Below are positions 6,395-15,456 of a stretch of DNA of 31,624 nucleotides, in pieces. The stretch comes from a virus (lineage: Duplodnaviria; Caudoviricetes). The number at the start of each line of letters is the position of its first letter. The stretch's first letter is position 1. The translations under genes were made by a program, and so were the position numbers. The notes under the pieces were generated by a model. It saw only the letters and a list, made by a program, of their open reading frames with translations, had not been told where the DNA came from and made no database searches. The stretch is from positions 1-31,624 of IMG/VR virus record IMGVR_UViG_3300027899_000648. One strand, written 5' to 3'.

Positions 6395-8995
6395 ATGGCA
6401 GTAAAGAAACCAACCATAAAGGAAACCATCACACAGTTACAGCAACAGGTGCAGGCGGGAGAGAACAACCGCGAACTTCTGGAGGAGGCACTATACGCAG
6501 TAGAGCAGCAACTCATGCAGGATGGATGGATGCAGATCAGCGCAACCTCCGGCAAAGAGTTAACAAAACAGGCATTAGACATTGCGGAGGGATGGGGTAG
6601 AGCGTATTGGATTAAGAACCCGCTGGTAAGGAGAGCCATCGAACTACAAGCCCTATACGTCTTTGCGCAGGGGATGACAATCAAGGCGGAATCGGAGGAG
6701 GTTGATGTTGTCGTTCAGGACTTCATGGAAGACCCGAAGAATTACCTTTCACTCACCAGCCACCAGGCATGGAAGCAGAACGAACGAGCACTCTTCACAA
6801 GTGGAAATAGATTCTTCGTATTCTTCACCAATGAATCCACCGGAGTTGTCAGGGTCCGGACTATCCCGTTCAGCGAGATCCGGGAAGTCATTAAGAATCC
6901 CGAAGACTCCCTTGAGCCGTGGTTCTACCGCAGAGATTACACCGTTTCACCCCTTGACTATAACAGCGGTGCGATTTCAATGCAGATCGAGACGGCGTAT
7001 TATCCCGACTGGCAATACATTCCGGACGATAAACCGGAAACCATCAACAGCAAGCCGATCATGTGGGATAACCCGGTATATCATGTAAAAACCAACTGCC
7101 TTGACGATATGACCTTCGGGATTCCGGAAACCCTGTCAATCACCGATTGGGCTAAAGCATACAAGAGATTCCTGGAGAACCTTGCAACCGTATGGGAAGC
7201 ACAGGCCCGGATAGCGCAGGTCATCACCACCAGCGGAGGCCCGCGAGCAGTTGCAGCGGCGAAGGCGAAATACGAATCCGTAATGGGTGAAACATCAAGA
7301 CTCACAGGTGATAATTTAGACGTTGGCAGGCCGGTAGGAACCACCTTCACCGCATCGGAAAGCGTGAAGATCGAGCCATACCGGACGGGAGGTAGCACAA
7401 CATCAGTAACAGACGGCATCCCGTTAAGGCTCATGGTAGGTTCAGGCAGTGGTATTCCCGACCAGATGCTATCAGCAGACCCGAGCACCGGGAACCTTGC
7501 AACTGCGAAGGCAATGGAACGCCCGCTTGAGTTGCAGTTCCGGGACCGGCAAACCTTATGGGCCGATGTGTGGATGGATATCCTCGAATACGTAATTAAT
7601 CAGTCAATCGCAGCACCGTTAGGCAAACTGCATGACTCGGGAACTGTAACGGTGGACGATGAAGGCAGGGAGATCTACACACTCACGGCAACAGATGAAA
7701 ACGGAGAACCGTTATCAAAAGCAGTATCCGTTACCTTCCCGCCTATCCTTGAACACGATGTAATGGCAACCATCACCGCCCTGAAAACAGCAGCAACGTT
7801 AGACGGTGCGCCACTTGCCGGAATATTCGATATGAAAACCCTTGCAGAGCAGATCTTCCAGGCGTTAAGGATACCAAACGCCGAAGAAATATTAGGCGAG
7901 ATCTTCCCGGACGGAGCCGAAAGGCAGATGCAGACACCGTATGCACAGCAGCAATCTGATAACGCAGCGGCACAGGCAACGGCAATGCAGGCACAAGGCG
8001 ATATTAACAATCAAATTCAGGCGGATGCCGCCATTAACCAAATGGCAGCGGAAGCCGCAAGAGAACTGAAGGAAGTTGCAGCACGTTTTCAGGAAGCCGA
8101 TGAGGAAGGGAGATGGATTACAACCGACAGCGGAAACAAACTACTCATCGGCGGAGACGGAAAGATTGCAGGCGGTAGGAACAAAGGAAAAACATTAGAG
8201 CAGGCGTTCGGTGGAAAGGATAAAGGATCATCCGATACCCAGAAGGGAACGGATAAGGCAACCTCTAAAAGCACAACAAAAACCGCCATAAAAACCACCG
8301 CCACAACGGATAAAGACGTTGCAAAACAGAAAGAGAAATCAGCAAAGGCGATATTCAAACAGAAATCAAAGGATGTTGAAAACAACCTTAATACTCTATA
8401 CTCCTCGAAAGAATACGCCGATAAGAAAGATGTAATGACCAGAGCCGATATTACCCCTGAAGAACTTAACACGGTTGGAGAATACCAGGGTGCAGCATAC
8501 CGGGATATGAACGCCCGCCAACGTGGGAAGGATTTAACCAATTATGAAACGGGTTCCGGGTTAAAAGGAGATACCAAAGCGATAGATGGACACATCGAAC
8601 GGATGAACTCTGTTATCGATAAATCACCACTCCCAGAAGGATTATCATTATATCGCGGGGTGTCTGGATCAGCCGGTGCAAAGATGGATGGTGCGGGTAT
8701 AGGGGATATTATCGAAGATAAAGGATTTCAGAGTTTTACCGCAGATCCAAATATCGCATCCAACTTTGCACGAGGGGTAGCCCGCCCTGTAAAAGATGCA
8801 CCGGCTCAAGATGTAACCCTTGTAATGCAGTATGTTACGGGTAAAAACGATAAAGCACTCCCATTAATCGCGGGAAAAGCCGGGTTTGAAAAAGAATTTG
8901 TAATGAAGCCTGGAAAGTTCAAGGTTATGGAAACAACGGAATATAAAACCGGATATAATAAAGTTACGAAGGTGATCCAACTTGCCGCAGCCTGA
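6395..8995 (+). CDS. Portal protein fused to a C-terminal ADP-ribosyltransferase domain
   Basis: Follows TerL; the N-terminal ~510 aa are portal-like (NPLVRRAIE, GNLATAKAMERP, VTFPPILEHD). The C-terminus has LYRG (R754), FQSFT (S780) and FEKEF (E832/E834), the R-S-E clade signature. Confidence 0.85.
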   Translation: MAVKKPTIKETITQLQQQVQAGENNRELLEEALYAVEQQLMQDGWMQISATSGKELTKQALDIAEGWGRAYWIKNPLVRRAIELQALYVFAQGMTIKAESEEVDVVVQDFMEDPKNYLSLTSHQAWKQNERALFTSGNRFFVFFTNESTGVVRVRTIPFSEIREVIKNPEDSLEPWFYRRDYTVSPLDYNSGAISMQIETAYYPDWQYIPDDKPETINSKPIMWDNPVYHVKTNCLDDMTFGIPETLSITDWAKAYKRFLENLATVWEAQARIAQVITTSGGPRAVAAAKAKYESVMGETSRLTGDNLDVGRPVGTTFTASESVKIEPYRTGGSTTSVTDGIPLRLMVGSGSGIPDQMLSADPSTGNLATAKAMERPLELQFRDRQTLWADVWMDILEYVINQSIAAPLGKLHDSGTVTVDDEGREIYTLTATDENGEPLSKAVSVTFPPILEHDVMATITALKTAATLDGAPLAGIFDMKTLAEQIFQALRIPNAEEILGEIFPDGAERQMQTPYAQQQSDNAAAQATAMQAQGDINNQIQADAAINQMAAEAARELKEVAARFQEADEEGRWITTDSGNKLLIGGDGKIAGGRNKGKTLEQAFGGKDKGSSDTQKGTDKATSKSTTKTAIKTTATTDKDVAKQKEKSAKAIFKQKSKDVENNLNTLYSSKEYADKKDVMTRADITPEELNTVGEYQGAAYRDMNARQRGKDLTNYETGSGLKGDTKAIDGHIERMNSVIDKSPLPEGLSLYRGVSGSAGAKMDGAGIGDIIEDKGFQSFTADPNIASNFARGVARPVKDAPAQDVTLVMQYVTGKNDKALPLIAGKAGFEKEFVMKPGKFKVMETTEYKTGYNKVTKVIQLAAA

Positions 8996-9146
8996 AGAAA
9001 AGGAAAGCAGATTTTCCGGAGAATATGAAATCGTCGGAAAGTCAGAGGTATCGGAGGAAGAACGCAAAGAGCACCAGAGAAGACACGAATTAGCAATGAA
9101 AAACATTCCTGTGTCGGATGAAGAGGACGAGGAAGAGGACTCTTAA
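8982..9146 (+). CDS. 54-aa acidic microprotein, candidate ART immunity or decoy protein (not in ORF track)
   Basis: TTG start with GGTGA at 8971-8975; MPQPEEKESRFSGEYEIVGKSEVSEEERKEHQRRHELAMKNIPVSDEEDEEEDS; fills the gap to ATG 9149. Confidence 0.65.
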   Translation: MPQPEEKESRFSGEYEIVGKSEVSEEERKEHQRRHELAMKNIPVSDEEDEEEDS

Positions 9147-9148
9147 CC

Positions 9149-9421
9149 ATGGAACTTTCCGATATTTACGTCAGGGAAAAAGACAAGTTGGATGCCAGAA
9201 TCCGCAACCTTGAGCAGCGGTATAAAATCATTGAAAACGACAACCTGGTATTAAGGCAGAGGCTGGCAGTGGTAGAGGATAAGTTCAGGCAGGAGCCAAT
9301 GCCATCTGACGTTGGACAGGTAGAGCATATTTCAGAACTTACCTTAACGGATTCAGGGACTTCCAATATGGTGAAGATGAAGAAAACCCGAACCCGGAAG
9401 GCATCAGGTAACACAGCATGA
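9149..9421 (+). CDS. Coiled-coil hypothetical protein
   Basis: Heptad pattern LDARIRNLEQRYKIIENDNLVLRQRL; ATGA overlap with MuF. Confidence 0.7.
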   Translation: MELSDIYVREKDKLDARIRNLEQRYKIIENDNLVLRQRLAVVEDKFRQEPMPSDVGQVEHISELTLTDSGTSNMVKMKKTRTRKASGNTA

Positions 9422-10455
9422 CACCGCCACAACTACCAACCAACATAGCATCAATCCGCAGGGTAGTTGACAATTATCTCATCGCAGACAACATCAGAAC
9501 CACCGATATAAAATTGCAGCAATTAGAGAAGGCAACGGCGCAACGTATAGCCCTGATAATAAAACGGCAGGGTGATATTACCCTTAAAGAATTTGCAAGA
9601 CTTGAAAAGATATTCGAAGAGAAAGCAGAGAACGCCAACCTAAACACCGCCATAGCAACGGCACAGATGGAAACACGGCAGGCGTTCATTGATGCACTTA
9701 TCGGGCCAATGCAGATTGCAAGTGCATTAGGCGGGCAAACTCTTTCAAAGCAGTTAGGGATAAAACTCTCTTTTAATCCCGTTGACCCAGCAACTCACGC
9801 ATACCTACAGGAGAAAGCAGCCTCACAGATCGCAGGCATAGACGAAACAACCCGGAGGAGGTTAAACACAATTATTGAAAAAGGGTATGGAGAGGGTAAA
9901 ACCTATACGCAGATTGCACGGGATTTAAAGCAGGACTTCGCGGAGTATTCTTTACCCGGAGGAGGGCCACGGGCGAAACTCATTGCAGTCACGGAAATTC
10001 ACGAAGCCCATGAAGGCACAAAAGAGGCCATGACACGGCAGATTGCCCAAGCAGGATTCAAGATGCTTAAATTTTGGCTCACATTGAAAGATGAACGTGT
10101 CTGTACCGAAATGTGCGTACCCAATATGAAAGACGGTTGGATTCCCATCGACCAGCCGCATTCATCAGGCCATACACGATCACCTGCTCACCCAGGTTGC
10201 CGGTGCGTACAGTTATACAAAGCAGACTTACCTGCACCATCCGGCCCGCAGGGAGACTTTGCATTAAACGTCAGCATGACAGAATCTTTCCAGCCTGCAC
10301 AGGTAATAGAAATCAGGGAAGCCGAAGAGCTACAGACAAGTAACTACTCATATCACTTTCACCCTGCACCCATCGGGACCGTAGCGGGAACCATTGTCGA
10401 TTGCGGAAGACCGGGAAGGATAGCGGTTACTGTCCTTGACGGAGGGAGGCACTAA
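9418..10455 (+). CDS. Head morphogenesis protein (Mu gpF / SPP1 gp7 family)
   Basis: IDETTRRRLNTIIEKG, RAKLIAVTE, KFWLTLKDERVC, PAHPGCRC. Confidence 0.9.
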   Translation: MTPPQLPTNIASIRRVVDNYLIADNIRTTDIKLQQLEKATAQRIALIIKRQGDITLKEFARLEKIFEEKAENANLNTAIATAQMETRQAFIDALIGPMQIASALGGQTLSKQLGIKLSFNPVDPATHAYLQEKAASQIAGIDETTRRRLNTIIEKGYGEGKTYTQIARDLKQDFAEYSLPGGGPRAKLIAVTEIHEAHEGTKEAMTRQIAQAGFKMLKFWLTLKDERVCTEMCVPNMKDGWIPIDQPHSSGHTRSPAHPGCRCVQLYKADLPAPSGPQGDFALNVSMTESFQPAQVIEIREAEELQTSNYSYHFHPAPIGTVAGTIVDCGRPGRIAVTVLDGGRH

Positions 10456-10458
10456 ACA

Positions 10459-13400
10459 ATGACAATTAAAACTGTATTCGAGGACACCCGGTTTCAGTTA
10501 GCAAGAGGCACGGAGCAGGAATGGTCAGATGCAAACCCTATACTGGCAGAGGGTGAAGAGGGCGTTGTATTCTCTGAAGGAAGGGCATCTTATTCTAAAA
10601 TAGGTGATGGAAAAACACGGTGGAATGATTTAGAAATCTTCCACGGGCTCCAGGGAGATCCCGGACCACAGGGTGAACCCGGAGAGACGGGACCGGAAGG
10701 ACAACAGGGAGAAAAAGGCAAACCCGGAGCAGATGGGATAAACGGTAGGGACGGGGTAAACGGCAAACAAGGCAAAGACGGCAAACCCGGAAAGGATGGG
10801 GAACCCGGGGAACCCGGAGATACTGGTGAGAAGGGAGAACCGGGAGCCGGACTTCCACCAGGCGGAGAACCCGGACAAGTGCCGATAAAGAAATCCAAAG
10901 AAGACTTCGATACAGAATGGCAGTATCCAACCGGCGGGGTAATGTGGACAGGTTCATCGGGCGGCGGCGGAGCGTCTGCATTAGACGACCTCACCGATGT
11001 TACCCTTGCCTTGCCACTTGCAGATCATGAAGTCCTTCAATACGATGCAGGCACCCTAAAATGGGTAAATGCCGTTGTTGCAGGAACTGGTGATGTAGTC
11101 GGGCCTGCGGGTGCAACCGCCGATGACATTGCAACCTTCAACGGTGCAACCGGGAAGATCATCAAGGACTCCGGCAAAAAGACTACGGACTTTGCAGCAT
11201 CCATCCACGCACATGCAGGTGCAGATATCACAAGTGGAACAGTTGACGGCGATAGACTTCCTGCGTTATCAGTAACGAAGAAAGGCGGGGTTCCGGCAAC
11301 AGGCATTGTATCAAGCACAAAGTATCTGCGAGACGATGGCACATGGCAAACTCCAGCAGGCGGCGGAGACGTTGCAACTGATGCAATATGGGATGCAGCA
11401 GGAGATCTTGTCATAGGCACAGGCCCGAATACGGCACACCGGTTAGCAGCCGGAGCGACCACCACAATACTCGTTGGAGGCGGAGCGGCAGATCCGGTCT
11501 GGACTGCTGCCACCGGGACAGGAGCACCAGCCCGGGCGGGAGATCCCACCTTCACCGGAACAGTAACCATACCAACCCTTGACACCGGAGTAGCAGCGGC
11601 GGGAGTAACCCTGTCAGGCACAACTCTTGCAGCGGATGGAACCGATGCAGCCATTGACATCAACATCACGCCGAAGGGGACCGGGGAAGTTAACCTGCCT
11701 AAAGTGGATATCGATGCCGGAACCATCGACAACGTAACCATTGCAGGAACGACTGCGTTAAAGTTCGGCCTAACTCCCACGGTAGTAGGAACACCGGATA
11801 ACGGCAGCATCTATTGGAAGGCAACAGAAGAAACACCAACCGTTCAACTGCATGCGAATGTAGCACTCCCATTAGGCCAGAAAGAATTGAGAATGGTGTA
11901 TAATCCTTCACTTACCGATACCATTTCTCGCGGTTCGGCGGTGTACACCAACGGAATAGGCGGTACTCCTACCATCGTAACGGTGGGACTTGCCCAGGCC
12001 AATGCAGTAGCCACTTACCAGGTTCTGGGACTGGCAGCCGAAGACATCCTACCGGAAACACAGGGATTTGTAATCGTTCGAGGGCATCTTGGAGAACTGG
12101 ATACCAGCGGATTCGATGGTTCAGCGGGAGACTCGCTATACCTGTCTGCCACGGTACCCGGAGGAGTAACGTCTACACCACCAGAAGCACCAAACTTTGA
12201 GATAAGAGTTGGAAGGCTCATAGTAAAAAACGCATCAGGAAAAGTAAACGTAAGAATCACGCAGTCATTGTCCCTGGATAACCTTACTGATGTTCAGGCA
12301 GCATCACCAGTCGCAAATCAGTTACTCAAATTCGATGGGGTTTCATGGGTAGCAGCTGATTCGGCGGTAGTCTCGTCAGCAGGTGGGACTGACTTCTACC
12401 CAACTGATGCAGATGGAGTTATTGAGGGAATGACCCGGGCGGCGGCCTGCGTGGTAACGTGGACTAGTCATGGACTAGCAACAGGGTCATTGGTAAAATT
12501 CGAGGGAATAACACAGGCAGGATGGACGGCTTTAAACAGCCCTTCTGGAACCGCAAATGTATTCCATACAATCACATGGATAAGCGCAGACTCCTTCAGC
12601 ATCCCGGTAAATACATCCGGATACGCGGGTGATTACGTCCCGGCAACAGACCCGGGTACCATTTCATCAGGTAAGATATTCTCTGCACCCGATACCACCA
12701 TTGCAACCCAAACCGATTCAGCGCAGTCAACCGGGAGTGTTGAGGCATTAATAGACTCATACTGCACACCATTACCATTAGGCAGAACATCAATCACGGC
12801 GGGAGAATGGGTCTTTAAAACATGGTGCTATGCATCCAGCACATCAGATGTTAATACCGTAGTAATCCGGGTGTATAAGAGAAGTGCAGCGGGAACGGAG
12901 ACATTATTATTCTTCGTGGAAACTGCTGACCTGTCAACCACCAATACCCTGTCACAGATTTCTACAATTCAACCAGCCTATGCAATTCTAGCAACGGATC
13001 ACCTGGTGTTCAAGTATTTCGCCAAATCTAACCGGGGAGGAGGATCTTTCAGAACCTGCTCAATTACCCACAACGGGACAACGAATTACTCATACGTTAA
13101 AACACCGCTGGCATTAGCGCATAACGATTTAGGCGGGTTACAGGGCGGTGGAAGTGGTGCGTATTACCATATTCCGGCACCATCAGCACCAGCAGCCGCA
13201 TTAATGAACGTCCCCGGTATTGTAAACGGTGAGACTACATGGAGCAACAAGGCAATATTCGATGCAACTTCACCAGAGATGAACGGGGCTGTGGCAGCGG
13301 GAACAGCAACAACGGCATCACACCGGGATCACGTTCACCCCGTCGATACCTCAAGAGCACCTACAAACCCACTTGCAACCGATACCCTATGGGATGCAGC

Positions 13401-15144
13401 GGGGGATTTGGTGGTCGGGACAGGACCGAACACGGCGGGTAAATTAGCAAAGGGAACTACCCTGCAAGTCCTGCGTGTTAAGGCGGATGAATCAACTCTC
13501 GAATGGGCGGCCTCGGCAGGTGGTGCAGACCCCGCAACCGCCGTACCCTTACCAAACGGTATTGCAGGACTTGTTGGAACAACAACGAAGTACGCACGTG
13601 AAGATCACGTTCACCCCGGAACACATATCCTCGATCCAATCGGAGTAGAATGGGACCCGAGTTTTTCAGCATCAGCGTCCCTACAGCGAGTGGATGTTTT
13701 CGGTAATATACTATCAGCGATCACACCCCTGTCGTTCACAACCCACCCCACGTACGCAGGCATTAGAAGAGTTAACCTTGCAGATAACGGCACGGTAAAC
13801 GCGGTATACGGAGATGCCGGGTTCAAAGTAGACGGTTCGAACGGGCAGGTAATGGTCCAGGTCCCGAAGTTCTGGTATAAAGCAACAAAAACCGGGACCC
13901 GATATCAATGGCTCATATCAAGCACTGCACAAACGGGGTTCGTTGTTCATCCGGCCTTCATCAAAGACACCGTGGAAAAAGACTATTTCTATCTCTCGGC
14001 CTTTGAGGGTTCAGTCTACGATGTTTCAGCCGCTGCAACAGAGGTAAACACAATCGAAGTTACACACGTGCCGACCTCAAACGGCGCCATGGTGCTGACG
14101 ATCAACACCGGGCCAGCCATCGGAGTCTCGGTAACTACCGCAGACAGTATTGAAAACATTGTTGATAGGATCGTTGCACTCGGTGTGCAGGTTGATGCAT
14201 TCGGAGTAACATGGACTCCTGCAAAAACAAGCAGTAGCACCCTGACCTATACCGCATCTGTTGCCCGGGTTGCAACCACCCTGACGCTGCCAACAGCATA
14301 CGGGGTAACGTCAACCATCACGAAAACCACATCGGGTGCAGGGGGTTATCTCACTGCTGATAATGCCGGAGTCGATGTAACCGCAACCACCGGGGATAAA
14401 CTATGCTCTGTTGCAGCGGTCAAACCCGCATCGTCCAAAAACACCAACATTACCTTACCGAGTTTCAGGACCCTGGCACACAACCGGGGATCCGGATGGG
14501 AGCTCCAGACCTTCAACCAGATCTCTGCAATTCAACTATTATACCTGGTTGAATACGCCAACTTCGATACCCAGTCAACGATAGGTGCAGGGGTCTCTGC
14601 AATAACCGACGATGGATCAACCAACATGGCGATTCCAACAGGTTACACGGCAGGCATCGGGACCAACGGGGTGCAACTCGGAAACACAACCGGGGAATGC
14701 CCCCTTGTTGTCTCCGGGGCGTATGCCGCAAAAGCCATGTCATACAGAGGTGTTGAAAACTTCTATGGGAATATCTGGAAATGGGTCGACGGTATCAACA
14801 TCAAGGCCGACCGGCAGCCATGGATCGCAGACCACGACTATGTCTCCGACCAGTTCTCGCATCCTTATGTGAACACGGGACTTGCAAACGGGGCAACGGA
14901 CGGATATATTTCAAACATCGGGTTTAACAGCACGATGAATTACGGGTTCATCCCGTCTGCCGTTGGCGGTAGTTCGAGCACGTATATCCCGGATTACTAT
15001 TATCAAACGACCGGAAACAAATCGGCGCTGCTCGGTGGTTATTGGTATCATGGCGCGAATGCCGGGGCTTTCAGTCTCGATCTGAATAATGCTGCCTCCT
15101 TTGTCCATCGTACTGTTGGGGCCCGGCTGAGCTTTTGGCCCTAG
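10459..15144 (+). CDS. DGR target: 1561-aa fibre/adhesin with Mtd_N-like N-terminus, collagen, fibre repeats and C-terminal C-type-lectin (FGE-like) domain
   Basis: RGTEQEWSDANPILAEGEEG...KIGDG; Gly-X-Y run; YRGVENFYGNIWKWVDG; C-terminal GGYW...GARL encoded by the VR. Confidence 0.9.
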   Translation: MTIKTVFEDTRFQLARGTEQEWSDANPILAEGEEGVVFSEGRASYSKIGDGKTRWNDLEIFHGLQGDPGPQGEPGETGPEGQQGEKGKPGADGINGRDGVNGKQGKDGKPGKDGEPGEPGDTGEKGEPGAGLPPGGEPGQVPIKKSKEDFDTEWQYPTGGVMWTGSSGGGGASALDDLTDVTLALPLADHEVLQYDAGTLKWVNAVVAGTGDVVGPAGATADDIATFNGATGKIIKDSGKKTTDFAASIHAHAGADITSGTVDGDRLPALSVTKKGGVPATGIVSSTKYLRDDGTWQTPAGGGDVATDAIWDAAGDLVIGTGPNTAHRLAAGATTTILVGGGAADPVWTAATGTGAPARAGDPTFTGTVTIPTLDTGVAAAGVTLSGTTLAADGTDAAIDINITPKGTGEVNLPKVDIDAGTIDNVTIAGTTALKFGLTPTVVGTPDNGSIYWKATEETPTVQLHANVALPLGQKELRMVYNPSLTDTISRGSAVYTNGIGGTPTIVTVGLAQANAVATYQVLGLAAEDILPETQGFVIVRGHLGELDTSGFDGSAGDSLYLSATVPGGVTSTPPEAPNFEIRVGRLIVKNASGKVNVRITQSLSLDNLTDVQAASPVANQLLKFDGVSWVAADSAVVSSAGGTDFYPTDADGVIEGMTRAAACVVTWTSHGLATGSLVKFEGITQAGWTALNSPSGTANVFHTITWISADSFSIPVNTSGYAGDYVPATDPGTISSGKIFSAPDTTIATQTDSAQSTGSVEALIDSYCTPLPLGRTSITAGEWVFKTWCYASSTSDVNTVVIRVYKRSAAGTETLLFFVETADLSTTNTLSQISTIQPAYAILATDHLVFKYFAKSNRGGGSFRTCSITHNGTTNYSYVKTPLALAHNDLGGLQGGGSGAYYHIPAPSAPAAALMNVPGIVNGETTWSNKAIFDATSPEMNGAVAAGTATTASHRDHVHPVDTSRAPTNPLATDTLWDAAGDLVVGTGPNTAGKLAKGTTLQVLRVKADESTLEWAASAGGADPATAVPLPNGIAGLVGTTTKYAREDHVHPGTHILDPIGVEWDPSFSASASLQRVDVFGNILSAITPLSFTTHPTYAGIRRVNLADNGTVNAVYGDAGFKVDGSNGQVMVQVPKFWYKATKTGTRYQWLISSTAQTGFVVHPAFIKDTVEKDYFYLSAFEGSVYDVSAAATEVNTIEVTHVPTSNGAMVLTINTGPAIGVSVTTADSIENIVDRIVALGVQVDAFGVTWTPAKTSSSTLTYTASVARVATTLTLPTAYGVTSTITKTTSGAGGYLTADNAGVDVTATTGDKLCSVAAVKPASSKNTNITLPSFRTLAHNRGSGWELQTFNQISAIQLLYLVEYANFDTQSTIGAGVSAITDDGSTNMAIPTGYTAGIGTNGVQLGNTTGECPLVVSGAYAAKAMSYRGVENFYGNIWKWVDGINIKADRQPWIADHDYVSDQFSHPYVNTGLANGATDGYISNIGFNSTMNYGFIPSAVGGSSSTYIPDYYYQTTGNKSALLGGYWYHGANAGAFSLDLNNAASFVHRTVGARLSFWP
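10645..10851 (+). repeat. Collagen-like Gly-X-Y repeat (23 triplets)
   Basis: GLQGDPGPQGEPGETGPEGQQGEKGKP...GEKGEPGAG. Confidence 0.95.
15022..15129 (+). repeat. DGR variable repeat (VR)
   Basis: 108-nt ungapped match to 15203-15310 with 22 mismatches, all opposite TR adenines. Confidence 0.97.
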
Positions 15145-15155
15145 TTAACAGAAGG

Positions 15156-15163
15156 TTTATATA
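15156..15163 (+). promoter_or_regulatory. Putative archaeal TATA box for the TR-RT transcript
   Basis: TTTATATA preceded by purine-rich ACAGAAGG; the predicted start near 15185 coincides with the 5' arm of the TR-enclosing helix. Confidence 0.55.
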
Positions 15164-15184
15164 GGAGTAATTGAAATGACAAAA

Positions 15185-15456
15185 CACGGTTTACCCAGGC
15201 TGACAGCACTACTCAGTAGTAATTGGAATAATGGCACGAATGCCAGGGCTTTCAATCTCAATCTGAATAATGCTACCTCCAATGTCAATCGTAATATTGG
15301 GACCCAGCTACCAGAAGTCATTTTCTTTGCGGAATTAACATGCTGCCTGGATAGACCATGCCTCTTGGCAAAACATAGCAATATTAAACCCTGTATTGGT
15401 AGGGGCGTAATAAACGCTCTCGAAGATTCAGGGATCTCCCAAAGAAGGGGGATGCT
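15185..15456 (+). ncRNA. Predicted structured DGR template RNA (5' arm, TR, 3' spacer)
   Basis: 15188-15200 pairs with 15345-15357; hairpins at 15359-15370, 15389-15433 and 15434-15453. Confidence 0.6.
15203..15310 (+). repeat. DGR template repeat (TR)
   Basis: 35 adenines and 11 AAT codons in the VR frame; lies between the target gene and RT. Confidence 0.97.

Noticed and set aside
10230-10455. Toxin domain on the MuF C-terminus
   Set aside because: The extension is only about 75 aa and has no recognisable catalytic motif.
15119-15155. Canonical GC-rich DNA hairpin downstream of the VR/IMH
   Set aside because: Only a weak GGGCC/GGCCC pairing (15119-15123 with 15137-15141) overlapping the VR end; too short to call.
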